Under the pieces are notes generated by a model. The model was given only the letters and a program-made list of their open reading frames with translations, had not been told where the DNA came from and made no database searches. Positions 9,800 to 19,873 of a DNA stretch of 64,000 nt are shown here, in pieces (the first letter of the stretch is position 1; every line of letters begins with the position of its first letter). The position numbers and the translations under genes were made by a program. The stretch is from an uncultured Calditrichaceae bacterium (GTDB lineage Bacteria; Calditrichota; Calditrichia; RBG-13-44-9; J075). The stretch lies in NCBI GenBank assembly GCA_964522165.1, contig CAZFVV010000005.1:1684-65683 (forward strand), written 5' to 3'.

Positions 9800-12130
9800 T
9801 TACTCGATTGAAACACTCTCTTGTTCTTTAATTTTTTCTTTTTCATATTTTCTATCTCCTAAAATAGCCAGTTCTTCCCCGGAATACAACTTCATCAACA
9901 CCCGCTCCGGGGTCATGGGGGCGTGAAAACCGAATTCCTTCTGGGGGCGGAATGCTTTCATGGCCTCCCGGATGGCGAAGAAGACCCCGATGCCGTACAT
10001 CAACGGCGGCTCGCCCACCGCTTTGGAGCCGTAAGGCCCCCAGGGATTTTCCGCGTCTTCCAACAGCGTTACTTGCAAATCGTCGGGCATGAAATAGACT
10101 TCCGGCGTTTTGTAGCTGGCCAGGGCGTTGGAGAGCAGCCGGCCTTTTTCATCGAACTGTAAATCTTCCATGGTCATCCAGCCCAGCCCCTGCGCCAGCC
10201 CGCCTTCGATCTGCCCCAAATCCACTAAGCGGTTGACCGGGCGGCAGAGATCATGTACCAGTTTCACCGCGTCGATCTCGTAAGCGCCGCGCAGGCAATC
10301 CACCGTGACTTCGATAATCGCCGCGCCGTACACGTGATAGGCGAAGGGATGTCCCTTCTCTTTGGTTTTGTCGAAACTGATTTTGGGCGTGGCGTAAAAG
10401 GCGTGGGCGGAAAGAGCGGTGCGGGAAAAGTATGCCGCTTGCACCAGGCGGTTCCAGTCCCAGCCGGTTTCCTTTCCATTATATAATATCTTTTCGCCTA
10501 CCATGGCGATCTGGCCGGTATCTTCCAGTTTCAGTTCCCGGGCTGCCACCTCTTTCAAACGCTCTAAAATTTGAGTGACCGCGCTCATGGTCGCCTTGCC
10601 GTACAAATCGGTAGAGGCGCTGGCGGCGGTAGGGGACATATTGGCGATCCGGGTGGTATTGGTGCTCTCGATCTTGATGCGCTCTTCCCCGATGCCGAAG
10701 CTTCGCGCCGCAATATTGGCAATCTTGGTATTGATCCCCTGGCCCATCTCCACCCCGCCGGTGGTGACGCTCACGCTGCCGTCGGTGTACACGTGCACTA
10801 ATGCGCTGCCCTGGTTCATGAACGTGGCGGTAAAGGAGATGCCGAAACAGATCGGCATGACCGCGAACCCTTTTTTGATCTCGAAATGCTCGCGGTTGAA
10901 CTGCTCGATCCGGCTGCGGATTTCCGGAAGGCGGTATTTCCCTTGCGCGGTCTGCCAGGTGATTTGCGCCCGGGCCTGTTCGGCAATTTGCCCGTAGGGA
11001 AACATATCGCCGTCTTTCAACAAATTTTTCTGCTGAATTTCCTCCCGCGGCATTCCTGACGCTTCCGCCGCTTTGGCGATGGCGCTTTCGATAACGAACA
11101 TCGCCTGCGGGCCGCCGAATCCCCGGAAGGCGGTGAAAGGGGGCAGGTTGGTGCGGCAGGAGGCGGCAAAGATGCGCACGTTGGGAATGAAATAAGCGTT
11201 GGCGCTGTGGAAAAGAGTGCGTTCTAAAATCGCGGGAGACAAATCCGCGGTCGCCCCGGCGTTTTGATAGTGCTTCGCCTCGTAGGCCAGGATTTGGCCC
11301 TCCCTGCTCAGCCCGATCTTGAAATCCGAAGAATAGGGGTGGCGCTTGCCGGTCATTTTCAGGTCTTCGTGGCGGGAGAGCAGCAGCTCCGCCGGCTTTT
11401 GGGTATGCCAGGCGGCCAGCGCGGCCAGGCAGGCCCAGGCGGTGGCCTGGTCTTCTTTTCCGCCGAATCCCCCGCCTAACCGCTTCACTTCCACTTCGAT
11501 TTTATGGTTTGCTACCCCTAACACCTTGGCAGCGTGTTTCTGCACCGCGTAAGGGCTTTGGGTGGAAGAATAAATTTTGAGGATGCCGCCCTCCTGCGGC
11601 AGCGCCCGCGCCGCCTGGGTTTCCAGGTAGAGGTGTTCCTGCCCGCCGACGTCGCAGCGGCCTTCCACTACCAGGTCGCATTTCTCCCAGGCCGCGTCGA
11701 TGTCGCCGAGGGAAAAGGTGCGGGCAGCGCCGATGATTTCCCCGCGCGCGAACGCTTCCCGGGGATCGGTGATGGGCGGGAGTTCCTCTATTTCTAAGGA
11801 GATTCCCTCCAGCGCCTTGCGCACGATGGCCGGGTCTTTCCCCACCACCAGCGCCACCGGCTGGCCGATGTAGCTTACCTTCCCCGCCGCTAACAGCGGC
11901 TCGTCCTGGATCAGGGGGCCGATCTGGTTTTCCCCGGGAATATCCACCGCGCTCAGCACCGCGACAACTCCTTCCATTGCCAGCGCGTTGGCGGGATCAA
12001 TGCGGAGTATCTTTCCGTGCGCCACCGGGGAGGAAAACACCGCGGCGTGCAGCATGTCCGCCGGCTGGGGCAAATCGCCCAGGTATTGGGATTCGCCCCG
12101 GGTGTGCAGGGCAGCGTCGATGTGTTTCAT
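9800..12130 (-). CDS. xdhB: Xanthine dehydrogenase / aldehyde oxidase family molybdopterin-binding subunit.
   Basis: Mo-cofactor-binding motifs are present (GGGFGGK, FRGFGGPQ). It is 776 aa. Confidence 0.85.
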   Translation of the reverse strand: MKHIDAALHTRGESQYLGDLPQPADMLHAAVFSSPVAHGKILRIDPANALAMEGVVAVLSAVDIPGENQIGPLIQDEPLLAAGKVSYIGQPVALVVGKDPAIVRKALEGISLEIEELPPITDPREAFARGEIIGAARTFSLGDIDAAWEKCDLVVEGRCDVGGQEHLYLETQAARALPQEGGILKIYSSTQSPYAVQKHAAKVLGVANHKIEVEVKRLGGGFGGKEDQATAWACLAALAAWHTQKPAELLLSRHEDLKMTGKRHPYSSDFKIGLSREGQILAYEAKHYQNAGATADLSPAILERTLFHSANAYFIPNVRIFAASCRTNLPPFTAFRGFGGPQAMFVIESAIAKAAEASGMPREEIQQKNLLKDGDMFPYGQIAEQARAQITWQTAQGKYRLPEIRSRIEQFNREHFEIKKGFAVMPICFGISFTATFMNQGSALVHVYTDGSVSVTTGGVEMGQGINTKIANIAARSFGIGEERIKIESTNTTRIANMSPTAASASTDLYGKATMSAVTQILERLKEVAARELKLEDTGQIAMVGEKILYNGKETGWDWNRLVQAAYFSRTALSAHAFYATPKISFDKTKEKGHPFAYHVYGAAIIEVTVDCLRGAYEIDAVKLVHDLCRPVNRLVDLGQIEGGLAQGLGWMTMEDLQFDEKGRLLSNALASYKTPEVYFMPDDLQVTLLEDAENPWGPYGSKAVGEPPLMYGIGVFFAIREAMKAFRPQKEFGFHAPMTPERVLMKLYSGEELAILGDRKYEKEKIKEQESVSIE

Positions 12131-12169
12131 GGCCGGGTTCCTTAACTTAGAATTTCAACTTAAGCCCTA

Positions 12170-12390
12170 ATGTTACGCAAGTTCATTACGCAGGGATAAA
12201 TCCCTACAAAATTAGGGCAGGATTGATATCTCCAATAAATCCCCGATCTAAAGATCGGGGCTATTAAAGCCTTGCATAAACATTGAATAGCCCTGCGATT
12301 CATCGCGGGGAGGGCTGTGAATGCTCCTCAAAATTGTGAGGGGATTTATCCCCGAGCCATGACCAGTGCGTAACATCAGTTAAGTCTTTA
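12170..12390. repeat. MITE-like / structured intergenic element with TGTTACGCA ... TGCGTAACATCAG termini and internal inverted repeats.
   Basis: Termini are inverted complements of each other. The same terminal 13-mer, GCGTAACATCAGT, occurs at 16203. Internal palindromes include CCCCGATCTAAAGATCGGGG and GGGATAAATCCC...GGGATTTATCCC. Confidence 0.4.
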
Positions 12391-12631
12391 TTTCAAGGGG
12401 GCTATCTGACCCAAAGGTTGATAATTTCTGGCTTTTTCCCATAAATCATTCAATTCATCCTGATGCAAAGAAGCCTATTCCATAACCATTCCAAATGCCC
12501 CTGGCGGCAATTTCCCGGAAATAATTGCCAGGTTTATTAATGCTTCAGCATCTCCATACTCAGCATGGAAATGAGGCGGAGGATGATCTTTAAAATACAT
12601 TCTGATCACAATCCCGTGAAATCGGCTGATC

Positions 12632-12916
12632 TCAGGCATTAGCTGTCTCAATTTTCAGATTTCCAAAAACTTCTTCAGGCGTCTTCCCGGTTATTTCCAT
12701 ATAAACTGCATCAGGGCATATCTCGATCTCTTCACTCCAGGCGATCTGCCCGCTACTGCCGATATACACCATTTGAAAGTTCTTATAATCATTCCACAAA
12801 GAGAAAACTCCCTTTCCTGCCAGGGCAGAAAGATCGACTTCTCCTTCCACTCCGTCGGAGTATTTCACCCATAGTTTATAGTTTTCTAAGGGTTTCACTT
12901 GAATTGGTTTAAACAT
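12632..12916 (-). CDS. DUF2442 domain protein.
   Basis: It is a small AT-rich ORF (MFKPIQVKPLENYKLWVKYSDGVEGEVDLS...) inserted between the two xdh subunit genes. Confidence 0.55.
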   Translation of the reverse strand: MFKPIQVKPLENYKLWVKYSDGVEGEVDLSALAGKGVFSLWNDYKNFQMVYIGSSGQIAWSEEIEICPDAVYMEITGKTPEEVFGNLKIETANA

Positions 12917-12944
12917 TAGATTTACTCCTCTCAGGTTACTTTTC

Positions 12945-14393
12945 TCAAGTAATGAAGCCACTTTCCAGTAACTCCCTTACTGTTACGTACCCCGGAAACA
13001 ACTTCACAAAATGCGCGAAGAGCAACTGCCGGGCGAGCAGGCGCTTGTATTCCGCGGAGCCGCGAACGTCGCTGATGGGGGAAATCTCCTGTTGGGCAAT
13101 CACTGCCGCCTGTGCGACAGTTTCCGGAGTGATTTCTTTTTCAGCTAAGAATTCGCAAGTGCAGCGCATAAACAAGGGAATGGGCGCCACCCCACCCACG
13201 CTCAAATTCACTTTTTGAATGACCCGGTCCCGGGTGGTAATCTTGATGGCGCTGTTCACGCTGGCAATGTCGAGGCACTTGCGTTTGGAGACTTTCTCGA
13301 AGTTGATCCGCGCTGCGGGAGAAGGTTTCGGGAAAACGATTTCGCTGACCATTTCCGCAGGCTTCTTGGCGAGCTGTTTGTATCCTTTGTAGAATTCCGT
13401 AAGGGGAAGCTTGCGCGATTTTTGCCCGTTTTGCAGTATCAACGTAGTATCCAGCGCCAGCAGCAAAATGGTCATATCCCCGATGGGCGAGGCGTTGACG
13501 ATATTGCCCCCTAAGGTGGCGCGGTTGCGGATTTGCCAGGAAGCGTTCCGGTGCATGTAGGATTGGATGCCCGGTATCGCCTGTCGGACCAGCGGATGGG
13601 CGGCAAATTCTTCAAAAGTGGTCAACGCGCCCAGCCGGATTTCGCCATCCTTTGCGGAAATTCCCTTCATTTCCGGGTGCAGGTTCAGTACCGCTACCCG
13701 CATATCCGGCAGCGCCTCGCCGCGCTGCACGTACAGATCCGTTCCCCCGGCGATGAAGACTTCCGGCTTCTGCCGGCCGTTTGCAGAGGGAGGGGATTGG
13801 ATTGCCCGCAATCTCTCCGCAATCTCCCGAAAATATTCCGGCAGCATCCCCTTCGCAATCATCTGTGCGATGTTTTCCGATTTGCTGCCGCTGCTCCCCA
13901 GTTTTGCAGCATCCTTGATGATCAATTCCCCGGCGCGTTTCAGCGAGGCATACCCGGTGCAGCGGCAGAGGTGGCCGCTGAGCGCGTATTTAACATCTTC
14001 AGCGCTGAGCGAGGCGCCCTTTTCCATCAGTCGGGCGGTAAGGGAGACCACGATGCCCGGGGTGCAGAATCCGCACTGGGTGGCGCCTTCGGCGACAATC
14101 GCATCCTGCACCGGGGAGAGGTGTTGCATGTTCAATCCCTCCACGGTTACCAAATGCTTGCCGGCCAACTCGCCCAGGGGCACTAAGCAGGAAGTTACCG
14201 GGGTATAGCTAACCCCGTTGCCGCGCAATTCCCCGATCAGCGCCGCGCAGGCCCCGCAATCGCCTTCTTTGCAGCCTTCCTTGGTTCCCATGAGCATGGC
14301 CCGGCGGCGCAGGAAATCCAGAACCAACATGCCCGGCGGCTCCGCGGCCGCTATTTCCTGCCGGTTCAACACAAAACGGATGGGAGAAAACAT
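12945..14393 (-). CDS. xdhA: Xanthine dehydrogenase family small subunit with 2Fe-2S and FAD-binding domains.
   Basis: 2Fe-2S motifs are CKEGDCGACA, CGFCTPG and CRCTGY. An FAD-binding CO-dehydrogenase-flavoprotein-like region (FIAGGTDLYV) follows. The start is trimmed to MFSPIRF, which has an AGGAAG-like RBS. Confidence 0.85.
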   Translation of the reverse strand: MFSPIRFVLNRQEIAAAEPPGMLVLDFLRRRAMLMGTKEGCKEGDCGACAALIGELRGNGVSYTPVTSCLVPLGELAGKHLVTVEGLNMQHLSPVQDAIVAEGATQCGFCTPGIVVSLTARLMEKGASLSAEDVKYALSGHLCRCTGYASLKRAGELIIKDAAKLGSSGSKSENIAQMIAKGMLPEYFREIAERLRAIQSPPSANGRQKPEVFIAGGTDLYVQRGEALPDMRVAVLNLHPEMKGISAKDGEIRLGALTTFEEFAAHPLVRQAIPGIQSYMHRNASWQIRNRATLGGNIVNASPIGDMTILLLALDTTLILQNGQKSRKLPLTEFYKGYKQLAKKPAEMVSEIVFPKPSPAARINFEKVSKRKCLDIASVNSAIKITTRDRVIQKVNLSVGGVAPIPLFMRCTCEFLAEKEITPETVAQAAVIAQQEISPISDVRGSAEYKRLLARQLLFAHFVKLFPGYVTVRELLESGFIT

Positions 14394-14648
14394 ATCTGCT
14401 TCCTTTCCGGTTCTAAGCTTAAGCAGAGTATAAATGAGCAGGCCCCTAAATGCAATAGAAAAGTAGGGGCGCAAGGGGCGTTCAGGGGCAGGGGAGCCAA
14501 CACCTCCCAGCCATTGATCCCGCGGGCGCATCACAAAAAATAGAGGTATGGCCAGCTTTTAAATTTTTTATCCAGAAAAAAGTTAACTTTGCATTGCAAA
14601 GTATTTTCTGATAGCATAAATTGTTCCCCCATTCATAAGGAGATGTAC

Positions 14649-15308
14649 ATGATTGCCAATCACGTCCACCATGCGCTGGCCCAGGTTCGGGAGTTGCAGC
14701 AGAAGATTTTGGAAAACCAACGTTTCAAAGGCTACTCCGGAAGGGCGCGGGCGATATGCGGTTGCGTCGCGCTTCTGGCCGCTTTCATTATGAACTCTTC
14801 GTTTTTTCCCCAGAATCCCCGCTCCCACGTGCTGGGATGGGGCGTGGTGGCGTTGTTCGGAATCCTGCTGAATTTCGGCGCCTTGATCCACTGGTTCTTG
14901 TTCGATCCCCAGGTGAAGCGGAATATTCGCAAGCTAAAACCCACCCTGGATGCCTTGCCGGCCATCCTGGTGGGAGCGGTGATGACCGTTACCATGCTGC
15001 ACAGCGGCCTCCCCCAATACCTCTTCGGCATCTGGATGAGCCTGTTCGGGCTGGCCAACCTTGCCTCCCGCCACGTACTGCCGAAAAGAATCTGGATGGT
15101 CGGCGCTTACTACATTGTGTGCGGCTCCATTTTCCTCTTATTTCCCAGCGTCTCATTCCCTAATCCCTGGCCGATTGGCATCGTCTTTTTCGTGGGGGAA
15201 TGGGCGGGAGGAATTATCCTCCATTTCGACGACCTCCAGAATCTTTCCGCCAGTGATATTTTAACCATTTTCAACGCGAAGGAGAATAAGCATGTCCAGC
15301 ATATATGA
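14649..15308 (+). CDS. Hypothetical integral membrane protein (4-5 TM helices).
   Basis: Hydrophobic segments are present. AAGGAG lies 7 nt before the chosen ATG. Its end overlaps the downstream wHTH regulator gene. Confidence 0.5.
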   Translation: MIANHVHHALAQVRELQQKILENQRFKGYSGRARAICGCVALLAAFIMNSSFFPQNPRSHVLGWGVVALFGILLNFGALIHWFLFDPQVKRNIRKLKPTLDALPAILVGAVMTVTMLHSGLPQYLFGIWMSLFGLANLASRHVLPKRIWMVGAYYIVCGSIFLLFPSVSFPNPWPIGIVFFVGEWAGGIILHFDDLQNLSASDILTIFNAKENKHVQHI

Positions 15309-15675
15309 TAATCCCTACACCGCGCTGAAGACGATCTTCCACGAACCCAACCGCCTGGCGATCATGTCCGCGTTATGCAGCTCCGCCGATGGGCTGGCGT
15401 TCAAGGAGTTGAAAGAATCCTGCGAGCTTACCGACGGCAACCTGAGCCGCCACCTGAAAGCCTTAGAAGAAGCGCAGGTGATCTTGATCGAGAAGAAATT
15501 TATCGGCGCCAAGCCCCGCACCACGGTGGTATTGACCGATATAGGGAGGGAAAGTTTTGTCGATTATCTGAAGGCCCTGGAAGAGGTGCTGAAAAAGGCC
15601 GCCGAGGCCGTGGCCGCCGGCGCCGAGGAAGGAATTTCCCTGCCCCTGGCCTGGATCAAACCGGCAAACGCCTGA
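15292..15675 (+). CDS. Winged-helix transcriptional regulator (ArsR/MarR-like).
   Basis: The HTH region ELTDGNLSRHLKALEEAQVI is present. The gene overlaps the end of the membrane-protein gene. Confidence 0.55.
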   Translation: MSSIYDNPYTALKTIFHEPNRLAIMSALCSSADGLAFKELKESCELTDGNLSRHLKALEEAQVILIEKKFIGAKPRTTVVLTDIGRESFVDYLKALEEVLKKAAEAVAAGAEEGISLPLAWIKPANA

Positions 15676-16045
15676 AATGCACCGGGGCCGATTTTGAAAA
15701 CACAACCGCAGCGTTTTGGGGTAAATATCCCCGGGGGAAATTTAGTATTTCCTGATGGCGGATATTTTTTTAGATTTGGCGCTTTGTAATACAAAGCTCT
15801 TTGTTTTTTAAATATATTTTTGGGCAAAGAGTACCCCTGATCAAGATGGAATACAGATTGATGTGCGATTTTTAGCCGCTTTTAGCAGTCAAAAAACGGT
15901 TTTGGGGAAACGCGGGGGAACGGCGGCGCAGAGTTGCCGAGAAAATGGCAAAAAAGATTTTCTCGATAATGTGAGCCTGACAATCAAATCGCTTGAGGAG
16001 CGCATTTAATTGTTTCGCTCTATGAGCGTAATTTCAAATATCATT

Positions 16046-16216
16046 AAGCGGTGTTACGCACTTGTTACTTGTTCCCACGCTCTGCGGGGGAACATTACGC
16101 TTAACACTCTGTGTCCTGGTTTGAGGCAGTGTCACTATTCGACGCTGAGCATCGAAAAGCGGCGTTTACCCCGACCCGTCGGGGTGAACGAGGTGTAAAT
16201 GCGTAACATCAGTCAC
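16046..16216. repeat. Second MITE-like element sharing the TGTTACGCA / TGCGTAACATCAG termini.
   Basis: It shares its terminal motifs with the element at 12170-12390. An internal palindrome CCCCGACCCGTCGGGG is present. Confidence 0.35.
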
Positions 16217-16322
16217 TAAGTGTAACCTAATGCTGTATGGATAGAAAATCAAAGGCGTCCGCCTGGCAGGGGAGCGCTCAATATAATTCGGAATTTACCA
16301 ACGTTTAACGCAGAGGTTCGGC

Positions 16323-17117
16323 ATGATAGGTATGATGAAAAAGCCTTCTTCCAGGCTGGATGAATTGCAGAGACTACTGGATCGGGGACATGAACTGCCG
16401 CAACACGTGGCGATCATTATGGACGGAAACGGAAGATGGGCAAAACGCCGCGCCCTGCCCCGCGCCGCCGGCCATCGGGAAGGGGTCAAATCGGTGCGCA
16501 GCGTGGTAGAAGCGGCCGGGGAACTGGGAATCGAATTTTTGACCCTTTATACGTTTTCAAAAGAAAACTGGCAGCGCCCCATGGATGAGGTTTCGCTGCT
16601 GATGAAGCTGTTAGTGACCTCGCTCAAAAGTGAAATCGACGAGCTTGCGGCAAGAAACGTTCATTTGAACGTGCTGGGAGACCTTGACGATTTGCCGCGC
16701 TTTGCCCGCGCCGAGCTGATAGAGGCGATGGAGCGCACCCAACACAACACCGGCCTGAAGCTGAACCTGGCCTTGAGTTATGGGGGACGCGCGGAAATTG
16801 TTGCATCGGTGAAGGATATTGCCCGCCGGGTGCGCGATGGGGAATTGTACCTGGAAGATATCGACGAATACACCATCGGCGACAGCCTCTATACCCGCAA
16901 TATGCCCGACCCGGATTTACTCATCCGCACCAGCGGGGAGCAACGTATCAGTAATTTCCTGCTCTGGCAGGTCGCTTATGCGGAGATCTATCTCACCCGC
17001 ACCTTGTGGCCGGATTTTCGCAAAACAGAGTTTTATGAAGCATTGATCAATTACCTGCGCCGGGAACGGCGTTTCGGAATGGTCAGCGAACAACTTCAGA
17101 AAAAGGCGGTTTCCTGA
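16323..17117 (+). CDS. uppS: Isoprenyl transferase (undecaprenyl diphosphate synthase).
   Basis: The HVAIIMDGNGRWA motif is diagnostic of the family. Confidence 0.9.
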   Translation: MIGMMKKPSSRLDELQRLLDRGHELPQHVAIIMDGNGRWAKRRALPRAAGHREGVKSVRSVVEAAGELGIEFLTLYTFSKENWQRPMDEVSLLMKLLVTSLKSEIDELAARNVHLNVLGDLDDLPRFARAELIEAMERTQHNTGLKLNLALSYGGRAEIVASVKDIARRVRDGELYLEDIDEYTIGDSLYTRNMPDPDLLIRTSGEQRISNFLLWQVAYAEIYLTRTLWPDFRKTEFYEALINYLRRERRFGMVSEQLQKKAVS

Positions 17118-17132
17118 TTCCAATAAACTTTA

Positions 17133-18407
17133 ATGGCTAAAAACGATTACCGGGATACGCTCGACTACCTTTTCAGCCTGCAACGGGTGGGCATCAAGCT
17201 CGGCCTGGACAACATCCGCGCCCTGCTGGCCGCCGTGGGCGAACCCCAGACCCGCTGGCCGGCCATCCATATTGCCGGAACCAACGGAAAAGGGTCCAGC
17301 GCGGCCATGTTAGAATCTATTCTTCTGAGCGCCGGTTATACAGTCGGCCTTTACACCTCTCCGCATTTGATCGATTTCAGCGAAAGAATCCGCGTCAACC
17401 GCCAGACCATCTCCACCGACGTGGTGGTGAAATTTACCCGGAGACTGCGCCCACTCATCGATAAAATTGAGCCTTCTTTTTTTGAAGTAACCACCGCCCT
17501 GGCGTTCTGGCATTTTGCGCAGCACCCGGTGGAAGTGGCGGTGGTGGAAACCGGCATGGGCGGGCGGCTGGATTCCACCAATGTGCTGGCGCCCCTGGTT
17601 TCGCTGATCACCCCGGTCGATTACGACCATCAACAATACCTGGGAGATACCTTGAAGGAGATTGCCGCGGAGAAAGGGGGAATCATTAAAACCGGGGTTC
17701 CCTGCCTGACCAACAACCGCCATCCCGAGGTGCTGGCGGTGCTGGCGGAGATGTGCCGGAGCAGGAACGCGCCGTTCGGCAATGTTTTCGAGCAGGGTTC
17801 CTGGGAAATTCTGCACGCCGATTTGCTGGGCACCCGCTTCAATTTGGCCCTGGGCGGGCGCAACTGGCAAAACCTGGCCCTCAACCTGCCGGGAGATTAT
17901 CAAATGGAAAACGTTCTGTTGGTAATGGCAGCGCTGGAACCGCTAAAAGACTACCTTTCCATTCCCGATCAAGCGGTCGTAACCGGTTTGAATTCGGTTC
18001 TCTGGAAAGGGCGGTTGCATCTTGTTTCCACTGCCCCGCAGGTGATGATCGACGTCTCCCATAATCCCGCCGGTTTTGAGCGAACCCTGGGTTTTATCGG
18101 GCAATTTTTTCCCAAAAGCCGCGTCAACGCGATCACTTTTTTACAAGAAGATAAAGATTTTCGGAAAATCGGCGATTTATTAATATCGGGGGTGCAAGAG
18201 ATATTCATCATGGATTTGCCCCTGGGCAAACCGCTGAATCCGCAAATCTACCGGGATTATTTGCGGGAAAAAGGGGGGCAGGTGCGGATTATCGATTCCT
18301 TTGAAACCATGCGCGAAAGGATTTTTCGCTCTCCTTCTCCGGAACCGTTGTGGCTGGTCATCGGTTCCCACTACCTTGCCGGGGAAGCCTACCAAAAGCT
18401 GCTGTGA
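17133..18407 (+). CDS. folC: Folylpolyglutamate synthase / dihydrofolate synthase.
   Basis: A P-loop (GTNGKGS) is present and the length is typical of the Mur ligase family. Confidence 0.85.
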   Translation: MAKNDYRDTLDYLFSLQRVGIKLGLDNIRALLAAVGEPQTRWPAIHIAGTNGKGSSAAMLESILLSAGYTVGLYTSPHLIDFSERIRVNRQTISTDVVVKFTRRLRPLIDKIEPSFFEVTTALAFWHFAQHPVEVAVVETGMGGRLDSTNVLAPLVSLITPVDYDHQQYLGDTLKEIAAEKGGIIKTGVPCLTNNRHPEVLAVLAEMCRSRNAPFGNVFEQGSWEILHADLLGTRFNLALGGRNWQNLALNLPGDYQMENVLLVMAALEPLKDYLSIPDQAVVTGLNSVLWKGRLHLVSTAPQVMIDVSHNPAGFERTLGFIGQFFPKSRVNAITFLQEDKDFRKIGDLLISGVQEIFIMDLPLGKPLNPQIYRDYLREKGGQVRIIDSFETMRERIFRSPSPEPLWLVIGSHYLAGEAYQKLL

Positions 18408-18622
18408 ACCGCTCCCGTGTAATCCACCCCTATGGTTCTGTTCCTGAAACAATTATCTTGATTTTTATAAAAGGGAAATTTATATTTAGCCGCTCACTGT
18501 TAGCTTCAGAGAATTCCCAACCGCCTCTCCTTCCTGATGAACCGCGTGAGGCTTCTCTTGAAAAACAATCATGATACAATGGTCATTAATCTCAAGCCAA
18601 TCTAAAACGGAGTAATTTTGCT

Positions 18623-19873
18623 ATGTTAGACTTAGAATCGCTTAAGACATTGAAGATTTCCGAGTTGACCCAGATCGCCCAGGAGTTGGGAATTCAAGGA
18701 ACTTCCGGTCTTAAAAAACAAGAACTGATCTTTAAAATCCTGGAAGAGCAAACCGCCCAGGAAGGATTGATCTTTTCCGAAGGCGTGTTGGAAGTGCTGC
18801 CGGACGGGTACGGTTTTTTGCGCTCGCCCAAGTTCAACTACCTGCCCGGGCAGGACGACATTTACGTCTCTCCTTCCCAGATCAAGCGGTTTGACTTGCG
18901 CACCGGGGATACGGTTAACGGCCAGATTCGCCCCCCCAAAGACAACGAGCGGTTTTTTGCCCTGCTGCGGGTGGAAGCGGTCAACTACGAAACCCCGGAA
19001 AAAAAGCGCGAAATCAACCTGTTCGATAACCTCACCCCCATCTATCCCATCGAGCGGATGAACCTGGAGACCGATTCGAAGGAATATACTATGCGGATCA
19101 TGAACCTGCTGACGCCTATCGGGAAGGGGCAGCGCGGGTTGATCGTATCCCCGCCCCGGGCCGGCAAAACCGTGATCATGCAAAAAATCGCCAATTCCAT
19201 CACCAGCAATAACCCCGACGTGATTATGATCGTGCTGCTCATCGACGAGCGCCCGGAGGAAGTGACCGACATGGAGCGCAACGTTAAGGCGGAGGTAATC
19301 TCTTCTACCTTTGACGAACCACCCGAACGCCACGTGCAGGTGGCCGATATGGTGCTGGAAAAGGCCAAACGTTTAGTGGAATACGGGCGCGACGTGGTAA
19401 TCCTGCTCGACAGCATCACCCGGCTGGCGCGGGCGCACAACACCGTGGTGCCGCATAGCGGTAAAATTCTCTCCGGCGGGGTGGACTCCAACGCCCTGCG
19501 CCATCCCAAGCGCTTCTTCGGGGCCGCCCGTAACATCGAGGAAGGCGGCAGCCTGACCATCATCGCCACCGCGTTGGTGCAAACCGGCTCCCGGATGGAC
19601 GAAGTGATCTTCGAAGAATTCAAGGGAACCGGCAACATGGAAATCGTGCTGGATCGCCGCCTGGCCGACCGGCGCATCTTCCCGGCCATCGACATCAACA
19701 GTTCCGGAACCCGTAAAGAAGAGTTGCTGTTGAGCAAAAAAGAGATCTCCCGGGTCTGGGTGTTGCGCAAGCTGCTCAACGAAATGAACCCCATCGAAGC
19801 TATGGAATTCCTGCTGGGCAAAATGCGCAACACCCGCAACAACGACGCATTCATGGACAGCATGAGTTCCTGA
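18623..19873 (+). CDS. rho: Transcription termination factor Rho.
   Basis: N-terminal [15 protein letters not shown], an RNA-binding domain, and Walker A (GKT) and B motifs are present. Confidence 0.95.
   Translation: MLDLESLKTLKISELTQIAQELGIQGTSGLKKQELIFKILEEQTAQEGLIFSEGVLEVLPDGYGFLRSPKFNYLPGQDDIYVSPSQIKRFDLRTGDTVNGQIRPPKDNERFFALLRVEAVNYETPEKKREINLFDNLTPIYPIERMNLETDSKEYTMRIMNLLTPIGKGQRGLIVSPPRAGKTVIMQKIANSITSNNPDVIMIVLLIDERPEEVTDMERNVKAEVISSTFDEPPERHVQVADMVLEKAKRLVEYGRDVVILLDSITRLARAHNTVVPHSGKILSGGVDSNALRHPKRFFGAARNIEEGGSLTIIATALVQTGSRMDEVIFEEFKGTGNMEIVLDRRLADRRIFPAIDINSSGTRKEELLLSKKEISRVWVLRKLLNEMNPIEAMEFLLGKMRNTRNNDAFMDSMSS

Noticed and set aside
12131-12631. Group II intron or riboswitch in the structured 500-bp gap.
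   Set aside because: It is far too short for a group II intron, and no riboswitch consensus was recognised. It is kept as a MITE-like or structured repeat instead.
14394-14534. A 47-codon upstream extension of the xdh FeS/FAD subunit ORF.
   Set aside because: The conserved 2Fe-2S domain starts at MFSPIRF, which has an AGGAAG-like RBS. The extension has no homology and odd composition.
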